From Macrostomum hystrix (taxonomy: Eukaryota; Animalia; Platyhelminthes), in assembly GCA_950097015.1 (NCBI GenBank), contig CATNEN010000007.1, forward strand, positions 13,330,001-13,394,000: a stretch of DNA of 64,000 nucleotides, given 5' to 3'. Below are positions 33,887-44,559 of this stretch, one piece after another. Each line of letters opens with the position of its first letter. The first letter of the stretch is position 1. The translations under genes and the position numbers were made by a program. The notes under the pieces were generated by a model, which saw only the letters and a list, made by a program, of their open reading frames with translations, ran no database searches and was not told the origin of the DNA.

Positions 33887-35909
33887 TTTGCCTAATTTAC
33901 TGCACTAACCGAATCCAAAATTAACTCTGCCAACAAAATACTCCAAAACCCTTCTGCACCATTCACAAACCTTCAGAACCCTGTCACATCTTTGTCCCGG
34001 CATTTTCAACGAACCTTTCACACTTTTTAAAGGGTCGTCATGGCTGGGGTGGGGAGACGCACTTTAAGGGTCCACTGCTCCGGCGCTGGATGCTGTAGGA
34101 AGCTGAAATTGCACGTGCTTCATCTACAGCTATGGCAATTAATATTTTTTTATGTTACGACCCTTTGTTTTAACTAATTTTTTTTTCCGGTACTGGTACT
34201 GTTACTGGTACTGGAAAATAGGACGTAATACTGGCAATAGGGACTAGAATATAGGGGCTTACCTAGGCCCTGGTTTTTTCCATCAGAAATTTGGCCAAGA
34301 ATAGTATATGTTCGATCAACCCTAAAGTAAAAGAGATATGCCTCGCATTCAGGTACTCTCCTACTGTTGCAGGTAGAGCGTGCTTGTATTTGTGACGTCC
34401 TTCTTGTCCTGGGTTAGTTAGTCATTATGAGCTTCAAATGATATGTAATCAAATGATTGAGAATTGAAACGAGGCTGCTGAACAATTACGAGCTACTCAA
34501 TTCATTATTACGAAATCCGATTAGTAGTCAGTTCTTGGAGTTAGCGCTGCGCTCTCTGACTTCGGGATTATATAGCTGTTAGCATAATAGAATTGTAGCT
34601 CGTTAGTTAAAATGTTGCTTGCATTACGAATACATATCTTTTGAGCTTAAGTTAGTCAACAATTTTAAAGCAATTACGTCAGCTAATAGTCCCGAGCGGC
34701 GCAGCAATTGACTATAAATACTTGTCTATTTAACTTGAATGACTATACATAAGTTAATTGGTTCACAAGCAACTACACTTAACCGTCACTCCAGTTACTT
34801 CGCTTAAAGACGCAAATACAGCGCAATTAACGTTTAGATAAAAAGGAAATACATACAGTATAACAATACTATAATTAAAGTAATATGCGCCGTACAATAT
34901 AACAGGAGAGTAATAATTAAATACAATGCAACAATACGTTGTAACATAAGGGCACAATAATTTATAACAATAATTAAAAGCGTACTAATTTAAGTGCGAT
35001 ACAAAAATACATTACAGATAGATGATTGAAATTCACGGCGAGAAGGCGGCCATTACTATAAGATTTTTAAACTAATTTGATTAAAATTATTTGAACAAAA
35101 TGTACTTCCAGATAAATTTTAAAAGTATTAATTTTCATTTGAACTTTTTAGAACCAAAAGCCAATTGTTTGGTTAAGGTCCGGATGTCCAGGGACATCGA
35201 ATTGTATTACAGGACAGTAGAACCAATGTTAAATTTGCTTAAATTTGGACTCATTAAATTATATATTTAAACTATCAATTCGATCTCTTTAGACATATCT
35301 TTAGCATGCAGACTGATACAAGTTACAAAATGAGTACATGCATATTGTTGTGATCTGTGAAATTTAAAGTGCAGGGCAGACCAGCTACATGTACATGATT
35401 ATAATAATAGCTAGCAATCCTTAGATGAATTTAAGAGACCCGTGTGTGCACTCCTTCGCACGTTCCCTGCAAAGGCGTCGGCAAATGCTGGCCGTCCACT
35501 GCCTGCGGGCATATGCCCACGGCCCTTCTGCTCAACCCGCCTAGCGAAGGCCTTCGCACAGACAGGGCCGTCGCGTGACTCTGTTTGATTGCCCTTTAAC
35601 TGATTTGCAGTCTTGGCAGCTCCCCTCAGGCTGCTGGCACCCTGCTGCCAGGGCTGACTCCCACGTTTTTCGGCAGCGTGTGTTCACTGTCGTTGTCTAA
35701 CTTCTGCAGTATCTGCTATCATTTTAATAATTTTTATGATTATTAAGATTATATGAATTTACTTACTGATAAAGTTGACTAACAGGATTGATCGAGTATC
35801 TTTGTTAAACTAGTACGTGCTTAATAATATTTTACTAAGAATGCAACGAAAAGTGTCTTGCTAATCATAATAAGAACTTTAGTATGAACTTAATAAGATA
35901 ACGGTGAGA

Positions 35910-37105
35910 TGTGTAAGCATATTAAGATAAACCCCTGTAAGAATTATTTTACTAAGATTACTATTGTGTGCCGACCTGGGTACCAGCGACGCTCAGCGAC
36001 GGTTCGGTGGTAGCGTCGAGAGTGCGCGGCTGGGTGTCGGCGGCTCTGTCGCTCCGTTGGATTCAGGCTGCTGTAGTGTCAGCTTGTTTGCCCTTCTATC
36101 TCCCCGTGTTATTATTCAGTGCTTATTTTTAGACACGTGTATTTTGCTAAGAGTTCACCCACGCCAAGCCGGGCCGGACCAGCTGGGGGAACGGACGCCC
36201 ACCACCCCGCGAGCGCTACCCCTGGGCTACGGTCCCGGCCAATCAGCGAGCGACCCGGCCTCACTACCTGTCTACCCTCGGCAAGAAGCGACCCCGGGGC
36301 TCAGAACGGCGGTCGCAAGTCTACTGCGATTTGTCGCCTTGGCTCAAGCTACAGCCAGGCATCCACCTCGCCGATCGACCTAATTTGGGGTTAAAATGAC
36401 TGAAATATAACGAAGCGTGTTTTTGTAGTCCAAATTATCTTTTTCTCCGCAATTCGCCTCACACTGTGAGAAGCACGTGCAACTAGTCCACTTGTTTTGT
36501 CCCTCCCCGCCCGACCACACTCCGCTTGTTCAGTTAGGTAGCTTTCGGCGCTACGCGTCTTGAGAGTGCGCCGCTGACAAGGGTGGTCTAGATAGGCGCT
36601 TGTTGTCGAAGTCAGTACGTGCTCTCTTCGGAGACTCCGCCGTCAGGCAGAAGGAGTGCCAACCGATAGGATCTGTCGGGGCAGCGCTGAAAGCAGAGAC
36701 AACCGGAGCCTCTCGGGAAGAGTAGGGCGCGGATGTAGGCCAGTTAAGTAAAAATTGTTATATCCAAATTGTTAGACCAGACTTGCTTCTCACTGTGAGC
36801 GCGCTATAATTTATTTCCGTGTGAACATCTATTCTGTCAGTATAACTTTTAAGTCAAGTAAACGATATTCAAAGTAATTCCTATTCGTATCTGGAATCTT
36901 AGTCACAGCCGATTAACTCACTCCTAATCAAATTATTCGAGTCTTCGCGTTCATACTGTGTTATTCTTTTTCATTGGGAGTTTCGCCGGGCCGGAGGAAC
37001 ACTCGGGTCATCGATATCTATTCCGCTTCGCTCGCTACCGCAGTCTCTAACGCTATTTAATTCCAGATTCCCTGCTGCTATTGAAACGATTGGTAGGACA
37101 CCGAC
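35910..37105 (+). mobile_element. Possible LTR-like non-coding segment
   Basis: Same style as 26174-27197 (shared ccggccaatcagcg-like motif, GC-rich core, AT-rich tail) and followed by TGGTAGG. The termini are not clean. Confidence 0.25.
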
Positions 37106-37174
37106 CCCGGTGAATAGTGAATAGTCGCTAGCTTTAAATTCCTCACGCTCCAGCTAGGACATTCATTTTATTAC

Positions 37175-37400
37175 ACTGCAGCGGGCAGATAAGGAAATGC
37201 CAGTTGCCATATGTGATAAGGAAGCTGCGGAAAGCAGCCGAGTTGAAGGGCGGGCCGTTATCAGTGACCACTTTGGCTGGGACGCCGAATCTGCCGAACA
37301 CCCAGATGACTGTAGCATCTGGCCGTGAATTGGTCCGCAGAAGTCCATGCCTAGATTGAGCCAGGCGACTTCTGGGATTTGCGTTGGTCTATGAGGCATT
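37175..37400 (-). pseudogene. Ty3/Gypsy integrase fragment
   Basis: PEVAWLNLGMDFCGP and PKVVTDNGPPFNSAAFRSFL in different frames. Confidence 0.7.
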
Positions 37401-38702
37401 CGACGCGCGACGTGGACCGGATCCGCAGCCTGGCACGGCGAGCACCGAACAAAAAGTTCGCAGAAGGTGCGCCCGGGGCCACCAAACTTTCATTTGCATT
37501 GGCAGATTTGGTAGCTGTGGCAGATTCCACTTTGTTGCGGAGGTTGTTGCTGCAAGCTTCGGAGGTCGGTGGAGACTTTTAATATGGTTCGACGGACTTT
37601 CTTTTTCTTTAAAAAAAGTTGCGGTCGGCAACACCGGTAGGCGGCCCGAGGCCGGGACTGAAAAACCTTACAGCCTTACAAGGTACTGCTTGGCTCTACG
37701 TCCGCAGTCGGAATCGCCGAGAAGTTGCCCAATATAAGCTGGGCACCTGCAGCTTGTTAGTAAGAGAGCCATTATGCTTTTTTCATGGCTAATTTAGAAT
37801 TTTTGTCCATTTTAAGGGCTTTGACCAGCTTATCTCCGCACTGTCCAGCTCGCTCCGGAATTGGCACTATAACTACTCGTATCTTTGGCTTGTGTATTTC
37901 TTTTTTGAAATCGCGAGAGGCTTGATACCTGGAGGTCTCCGTCTGACAGGTCAAACCTAAGCCATGCCTGAAGATGGTTGGCAGTGAGAATGGCCGCCCT
38001 AGGGCGGAGATTTCCCAGGTCACACACATAAAAATCTAAGTAGCCAGAAGGAATGCTTAATAAGTTTCCATTACAAGTCCATGCAAGGGTTCTTGGATCC
38101 GGATTATGCCTGGTTTTTACAGCTCTACTCCTTTCTTGTGGTGGAGCTTAGGAGGAACTATACTAGCTTGTGAGGCGACAGCCTCGTTTTCGGAAAGATT
38201 TCGCTTCTCTACAGAACAAGTGGACAGTCGACTGGTGTCGATTGATCCCATTTTAACATATGACTCGTAAAGAAAAGGTGCATTGACTGCACAGGAACAG
38301 GTGCTTTGCACCCTTTAATTTCTGGCTTGCGGATTTCTATTTGTCTGTGATGCGCATGGCGTCTTCAATGTGTTGTGATTGCGCTGAATGATCAACTGTT
38401 GTTCGATTGATTCGCCGGCCAGAAGGACGTTTTACTTTTTTAATATATAAGGGCATGTAGGTAGAGCAATTTTTTTCAAAGCAAGAACATAGAACAAAGC
38501 AAGAATATTTCACCGGTACAAGTGAGGATGAACACTTTTTCATGCGGGGCAAGATAATTAAAAACATAGACAAACCGAGTAGGCAAACGGAGATGCATAG
38601 AAAAAGTCATCACTGCTGGCTCTGTTTTCACCGTTCGCATTTTTAAACAAATCAAATCAGATATTTGAGTTCAAATTCATACTGCAGACTTTGATTGAAG
38701 GG

Positions 38703-39680
38703 ATGAAACCCACAGTTGGGATGAACGGCATGGACATTCGCGAGGATGTTGAGTGGTTTAATGCCGCTAATCTTCCGTTGCAGCGAGGTAACTTTTTAAC
38801 AATTAGTAAATTTTCTCAAGCGCATAAAATTTATCCGATCTTTGGCGAGCTGAAAATTGCATACTTATATCGAAATGAATATATATAGTAAAGTAGTCGA
38901 TGATGCTATTCATCTATCAAATTCCTAGCGAAGTCATCCTGTGCAAAATCTGTCCAGCGAGAACTAGAAGATTATAGTATGATTCCCAGCTTCCGAGAGG
39001 TAGTCCAAGTTAACGGCTTAGCAAATGTGGACCCAAGCGAAATCTGCAATCGTCTGGGACAGCCCTTGCCAATGAGGGATGTTATAAAAGACGCGCAACG
39101 CGAGCGCTTTTTGCAATCTGGGGCATACCAGTCTCTGCCGCGACTGCTCAAGAGACCAGAGCTTCCCTCGGCTCGTGATCTGATTCAAAAAATGTTTTTT
39201 AACTATGCCATGCTTGTTTTCATCTCTGGAGTCGGAGTTTTCCTGCTTAAATTGTGAGTATAAATTGCTTATCTTATTTTTTATAACTATTCTTGCTAAT
39301 ATGCACACACGAAACACATGCAGATTTCTTTATCGAATTAAGAAAACTAGTTACTTATTCTTAAAAGCGTCAACAATAATCAACAGCAATTCGAACCATA
39401 TTGACATGTTACGCTTCGAACTGATATTACATGGTTATCATGTTATTACGATCTTAAAATTGCAACAAAATTCAGTTATGTGAACCTTGAGCACAGCGAC
39501 ACACCGAGCCCAAACTACAGTGAGAAACACGCTGCTCCGATCTACTTCAGCTTCGGCCTCCTGATAATGCTCGTGGCTGGCCGCTACCTGCTTGCCTTCT
39601 TTTATGACTTCACACCATACGGACTAGACATACGAAATTTGCTCACTCTTAGAGCCATTCAAGATGATATTTTCGGCTAG
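38703..39680 (+). CDS. Candidate three-exon gene for a ~204-aa protein with two C-terminal hydrophobic helices; exons 38703..38787, 38929..39253, 39476..39680
   Basis: Acceptors actgcag (38687), ttcctag (38928) and ttcag (39475) and donors g|gtaact and tt|gtgagt join three ORF-track fragments in frame (phases 1 and 2) to a TAG stop. No family recognised. Confidence 0.55.
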
Positions 39681-40397
39681 ATTTCCTTTTTACTATCTGG
39701 TGTCTGCAACTTTAACTCTTGAGAATAATTTCTCTTTATTTTACTGAATCGTCCGTTCCAACTACTCGGAAAAATATGACTCGTTCTCTGTTGCTAATCC
39801 TTCTTAAGACGTGTGTGCAAGTTCAGTGTTAAGTAACTCTATAACTAAAAATTAAATGCCTGATTGATGCTGCGCCTTGAGTAATAGTATTTTCTGATAG
39901 AATTTCTCATGAACACGTAATGGCTACTACAAATGATACTGTTAAGCTCGTTGGAGTCCATGATTTTACTTTGCATAAAATCTCGAGTAAAAAGTAGTCA
40001 ATGCGATAAAATAATCCTAAAGTTATACAAATGCCGTGCAATTTTTTCGTGATGTGGGCTGTTTAAAAAATGAAGGCACAACTTGGAACTTAAAATTGAT
40101 TAATTTGCATTGATTTTTTAGCACCTATAGGATTTGTCTAAAGTACGAATCGAGCGAAGAGGGAATTCGGCGAATTAGAGAATCGGTAATTCAGAGAATG
40201 TGTACTTTACTCAGGGCCTGCTCTGCGGGCTCTCTGGGTAAAGTGTGTTAACCTCCCACCCCTTCCTCCGCCTGTGCGCGCGCGCGGGGTTTTTTATGCC
40301 GCCCCTCTGTCTGTCCTGCCGTTCAATCTCGCTGCCCCCGCACGCGTGCGCTAAAAAATTGCTGAATCATTGTGGCCCAATCACGCTGGCCTGTGGC

Positions 40398-41423
40398 ATG
40401 GAAAAACTTACGGCCAGACAGCTTAGAACTGAGTTAGCCAAGCGCGGCCTTCCAAAAACCGGGGGCAAGCAGCAGCTGTACGAGCGACTTCGTCAACACG
40501 TGCAGTCTGGGGCCTCAGCGGATGACATCGACCGCTTCGACGGGACGTTTGACGACCTACAGCACACCGACAGACGATCGTCAGGCGGGCACGGGACGTC
40601 AGGGAGCGCGGCTGGCGACCTGGCGGCTCTACGGAAGGAGGTGGAAGAGCTCGAGATCAAGGCGCTCACGCGGCGTCGCGCCCAACTACAGAGCGAACTC
40701 AACCAACCAGTCGCCTCCGTACTTCAAGGTGAGCCAAGAGTTCCTCTCTTTAATGGGCATGCGGGCTCCTCTCCGGGCGAACTTGCTGAAGAGGGCCAGC
40801 AAGCCAAAAAGCGCTGTCGAGCCTACCTGATCCGCGACTTCGTCAAGGCCAACCCAGCTCAACCTGGTGACAGCCTATCTGCCTGCATCGAGGACGGCAA
40901 CCTTGTTTTCAAGAAACAACCGCCAAGCCTGTCCAAGATTTCAGTTGGACAGTGGATATCCGGCAATTCGCAAATCCTCCTACGCCTTATCGACGACGGT
41001 TCGCTGATTTTCCTGAACGATGACGGATCCGTGAATACCAACCATTTAAAGGGCTATCTGCAATACTCCAAGAAGATAGGCGAACTCCTTGACGCCAACT
41101 ACAACCCGAACGTAGTGTGGGAGTTTGATGAGGACTACAGAAGGCTGATGGCGGAGTCCGACACGCATCAATGGGGCTGTGAGCCTCCCCAGCTTTACCA
41201 TCGCCACCTCAACGCACCTCGCAACCTAAAGGTTACGCTGAATCGCCAAGGCACCTCGCACCAGCAGGCGCCACTCATCTGCCTGAGCTTTAACTCTCCG
41301 GCCGGCTGCCAGCGGTCCAACTGCAGGTACCGGCACGTCTGCAAAATCGCCGGCTGTGGCAAGCCGCACCCCGCCCATCAGCACCGACCGACTGGCGATG
41401 CGGCGGAGGGAGCAAAAAACTAG
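40398..41423 (+). CDS. Ngaro Gag-like ORF1 with N-terminal SAP domain and C-terminal Cys/His finger
   Basis: LTARQLRTELAKRGLPKTGGKQQLYERL (SAP pattern), WEFDEDYR, and CLSFNSPAGCQRSNCRYRHVCKIAGCGKPHPAHQH. Confidence 0.8.
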   Translation: MEKLTARQLRTELAKRGLPKTGGKQQLYERLRQHVQSGASADDIDRFDGTFDDLQHTDRRSSGGHGTSGSAAGDLAALRKEVEELEIKALTRRRAQLQSELNQPVASVLQGEPRVPLFNGHAGSSPGELAEEGQQAKKRCRAYLIRDFVKANPAQPGDSLSACIEDGNLVFKKQPPSLSKISVGQWISGNSQILLRLIDDGSLIFLNDDGSVNTNHLKGYLQYSKKIGELLDANYNPNVVWEFDEDYRRLMAESDTHQWGCEPPQLYHRHLNAPRNLKVTLNRQGTSHQQAPLICLSFNSPAGCQRSNCRYRHVCKIAGCGKPHPAHQHRPTGDAAEGAKN

Positions 41424-41545
41424 ATTTATTTTATAGCCACCCTGCTTTTAATTCCCGGTTTCCTTCGCCCCATCGCTTGCTCCCCGCCACCCCCGCCCCC
41501 GCCACTGCCTGCTCGTCTGCCCCGCTCCCCCCGTCGCGCCGCGCC

Positions 41546-43252
41546 ATGTCTTCCGACATGAACCTCACCGCTTGGGACGCGCTGCTGCACAACGACCCGG
41601 ACGAAGAATTCCTTCGCGACGGCCTGCACAACGGTTTCCGCCTGGTCAACAAGCCTCCTCCCGTCATCACGCACTCCTCCAACTACCGCTCCGCTATCGA
41701 CAATGCCCTGCAGGTGGAAAAGCAGCTCTCTGACGAGCTCCGCCTGGGTCGGCTGCAGTTCGCTAAGGGCCTCGTCATGGTGAACGCCATCGGCGCGATC
41801 CCAAAACCTGATGGAAGCGTCCGGATCATTCACGATCTCTCCAGCCCCTCGGGCTCTTCCGTCAACGACAGCTACGAGCAGAAAAGAGGCCTGAGGTTTG
41901 CATCCGTTCGGGACCGGGTGCGCCATGTCCGGCCTGGCTCCTTCATCGGCAAGGTGGACCTCAAGCAGGCTTACCGTTCCGTCGGCATCCACCCGGAAGA
42001 TCAGATGTTGACAGGCCTCAGCTGGCGCTTCGCCACGGACAGCGCCCCATCGCTGCTCATCGATACCCGGCTGCCTTTCGGTGCTCGGGCCTCGTGCGAG
42101 ATCTTCCACCGCCTCTCTGCCGTCATTCAGCGACACATGCTGAGGCAGGGTTTCTCCGCCACCATCAACTACCTGGACGACTGGGCGGTGGCTGGCGACT
42201 CGCAGGAAACTGCCAACCACGCCTACACCTACCTTGTGAACCTCCTGCAAGATCTAGGCTTCACCATCAATTGGAGCAAATCTGCCGCGCCGGCGCAGCG
42301 AGTGGTGTTCCTCGGCGTCCAAATTGACACGACAGAGGGCACGCTGACTCTCCCACAGGACAAGGCCGAGAACACTCGGGTGTTGCTGAACGACTGCCTC
42401 ACTCGTTCTACCGTCAAGATCAAGCAGCTGGAGAGACTGGTCGGGAAGCTGTGCTGGCTGGGCCAAATCAACAAGTTGCTGCGCCCCTTTTTGCGCCCGC
42501 TTTTCGACCTCATTAGCGTTGGCAGAGACCTCCGGCTACCTCAAGAAGCTCGCGAGCTGCTGCAATGGTGGCTGCAAGCTGTCAGCATGCTTCCACCCAC
42601 TCCGATTCACCCCCGCTTCCGCCAGCTGGTGGCCATCAAGGCCGATAGCAGCAGCGAAGGTGCCGCTGGCATCGTGAGCGGCTCCAGCCTCAACGACTGG
42701 GTGTTCTTTAGCTGGGAGCACGACTTCGAGTCCAAGTATAAGGACCTCCACATCAACTATAAGGAGGCCCTGACTCCGCTCCTCACCATCCTGCGGCTCT
42801 GCGACCAGCTCAGCAACAGCCGGCTGGTGATCTACTCGGACAGCACCGCGGCCGTCGGCATGATCAACAAGCTGTCCTGCAGGCATCCGCAGCTCATTCA
42901 GATCTATCAGTCCGTGGCCCTCCTGTGCCTCAAGTCTAGCATCCAGCTGCAGGCTTTTCACCTGCCCGGTCGAATGCAGCTCATCAGTGATCCCGCCTCT
43001 CGCATGCTCAGCTCTAAGCAGGAGCTCGTTAACTTCCTTTGCCGCCACTATGGCTCTCTCACTGTCTGTTGCAATGAATTTGTCTCCCACGCAATTTCTG
43101 CCGCGTCCCGCACCGCCCTCCACTCACAGGTCGCAGCCGCGCTCCCGACCGTCCTGCCGTGTCCGTGCCCGCCCTGTGCCGCTTCGTCGCGTTCTCATCG
43201 ATCGAGACCGCACCGTGCAAGCCAGCCTCAGCGCGGTGTCATTCGCCCATAG
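41546..43252 (+). CDS. Ngaro reverse transcriptase / RNase H
   Basis: RIIHDLS, KVDLKQAYR, LPFG, NYLDD, FLGVQID (RT). KADSS, HINYKEA, YSDSTAAV, HLPG...SDPASR (RNase H). Confidence 0.88.
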   Translation: MSSDMNLTAWDALLHNDPDEEFLRDGLHNGFRLVNKPPPVITHSSNYRSAIDNALQVEKQLSDELRLGRLQFAKGLVMVNAIGAIPKPDGSVRIIHDLSSPSGSSVNDSYEQKRGLRFASVRDRVRHVRPGSFIGKVDLKQAYRSVGIHPEDQMLTGLSWRFATDSAPSLLIDTRLPFGARASCEIFHRLSAVIQRHMLRQGFSATINYLDDWAVAGDSQETANHAYTYLVNLLQDLGFTINWSKSAAPAQRVVFLGVQIDTTEGTLTLPQDKAENTRVLLNDCLTRSTVKIKQLERLVGKLCWLGQINKLLRPFLRPLFDLISVGRDLRLPQEARELLQWWLQAVSMLPPTPIHPRFRQLVAIKADSSSEGAAGIVSGSSLNDWVFFSWEHDFESKYKDLHINYKEALTPLLTILRLCDQLSNSRLVIYSDSTAAVGMINKLSCRHPQLIQIYQSVALLCLKSSIQLQAFHLPGRMQLISDPASRMLSSKQELVNFLCRHYGSLTVCCNEFVSHAISAASRTALHSQVAAALPTVLPCPCPPCAASSRSHRSRPHRASQPQRGVIRP

Positions 43253-43985
43253 AACTTCGGACTCTCCAGACCCTACAAAGCACAACGCCCGACTGGAGCT
43301 CGTCTGCCCTGGAGCCCGACGACTGCTGGCCAAGCCACCGCGAAGGGCAGAACCCCTACAGCCTCGCCATCTCCGCCTGCTCTGCAGCAACCCAACGCTC
43401 CAGCGCTCAATGCCCCCGCGTCTCCTGGCGGTTTTCAAAGCAGCGCTACTTGTCGCCTGGTGGGGTGTGCTCCGACTGGGTGAGCTGCTACCGTCGCCAC
43501 ACGGCCTGCGACGCGGCGCGCTTAATTCCTGCCCCGGCGGCCTATGCCTGTCGATTGAGAGGTCCAAAACCAACCAATTCAAGGAGCGCCAGCTGCGGGT
43601 CTTCATTCCGTGGTGCTCGGACTGTCCGAAAATCTGCCCAGCCGCCGCTCTGACCGCTCATCTGCGCGAGAACCAAATTTTCGAGCCTCAGCAACCTTTG
43701 TTTTCCATCCTGGGCGCCCGCAGGCGAGTTCCGCTGGCTGCCGCAACCTTCATCCGTCTCCTCAAGCGAGGCCTCGCGGCGTGCGGCGTCGCTCAGCAAA
43801 ACTTCTCTGGCTACAGCCTGCGCAGAGGCGGAGCCAGTGCCGCCTTCCAGAGCGGCCTCTCAGTCGCTGACATTCGCTGCCTCGGCGACTGGCGTTCTGA
43901 CTCGGTCTTCCGCTATTTTTCCGATGATGCGTCTCTCGCGCGCAGGCGCTCTGCCGCCCTGCGGGTTGCTGCCGCCATCAAGTGA
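42987..43985 (+). CDS. Tyrosine recombinase, probably damaged (N-terminal lesion; HxxR reads YSLR)
   Basis: LRLGEL, RSKTNQ, CPAAAL, GYSLRRGGA, LGDWRSDSVFRY. Confidence 0.8.
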   Translation: MIPPLACSALSRSSLTSFAATMALSLSVAMNLSPTQFLPRPAPPSTHRSQPRSRPSCRVRARPVPLRRVLIDRDRTVQASLSAVSFAHRTSDSPDPTKHNARLELVCPGARRLLAKPPRRAEPLQPRHLRLLCSNPTLQRSMPPRLLAVFKAALLVAWWGVLRLGELLPSPHGLRRGALNSCPGGLCLSIERSKTNQFKERQLRVFIPWCSDCPKICPAAALTAHLRENQIFEPQQPLFSILGARRRVPLAAATFIRLLKRGLAACGVAQQNFSGYSLRRGGASAAFQSGLSVADIRCLGDWRSDSVFRYFSDDASLARRRSAALRVAAAIK

Positions 43986-44426
43986 CCCTCCTGCGTTGAC
44001 CTTTGCCTTGCCGGCCTTTGTTCGCTCCCTTTTCTCCTCCTCTTCCGCTCCTCCCCTTGTGTCGGGGTTTGGGGTCGCTTTCCCCGCCTCGACCTGCTGG
44101 CTCGCTGCCATCTGCTTTGTGCTCGCTGCCACTCTTTGTGCGTTCGCCTTGCTCTTTCTAGGGGTCTAGTGGTTAATGTGTACTTTACTCAGGGCCTGCT
44201 CTGCGGGCTCTCTGGGTAAAGTGTGTTAACCCCCCACCCCTTCCTCCGCCTGTGCGCGCGCGCGGGTTTTTAAGCCGCCCCTCTGTCTGTCCTGCCGTTC
44301 AATCTCGCTGCCCCCGCACGCGTGCGCTAAAAATTTTTTTTGTTAATCTTAACCGTTCATTTTTTCTTTCAATTTGCCATTCATTGCTTGCAAATATACA
44401 CTCGCTTGACTGGGGTCGCGAAGTCG

Positions 44427-44538
44427 CGAATCGAGCGAAGAGGGAATTCGGCGAAATAGAGAATCGGTAATTCAGAGAATGGGGAATAAGGCGAAACGGG
44501 AATTTTACCGAATTGGGAATCGGCAAATCGGGAGACCT
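44427..44538. repeat. Transposon-terminus-like short-repeat block; its first 55 bp are duplicated at 40146-40200
   Basis: Recurrent ggcgaa/gggaat/aatcgg units. 44427-44481 matches 40146-40200 with one mismatch. Confidence 0.6.
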
Positions 44539-44559
44539 AAATCCTTGTCACTAACTATA

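Larger units (their letters stand above)
28251..34226 (+). mobile_element. MULE/NOF-Foldback-like DNA transposon with about 200-bp TIRs, carrying a transposase-Ulp1-PHD relic
   Basis: Near-identical inverted termini at 28251-~28470 and ~34031-34226 (ACGTCCTATTTTCCAGTAC...). Perfect 8-bp TSD AATACTGG at 28243-50 and 34227-34. Confidence 0.85.
40197..44335 (+). mobile_element. Ngaro-type tyrosine-recombinase retrotransposon (DIRS order)
   Basis: About 160-bp direct repeats at 40197-40360 and 44175-44335 enclosing gag, RT/RNase H and an overlapping YR ORF. No terminal B repeat is visible. Confidence 0.9.

Noticed and set aside
37400-38460. Minus-strand gene divergent from the orphan gene
   Set aside because: The fragments are broken by stops and frameshifts, with no consistent splice sites or recognisable family.
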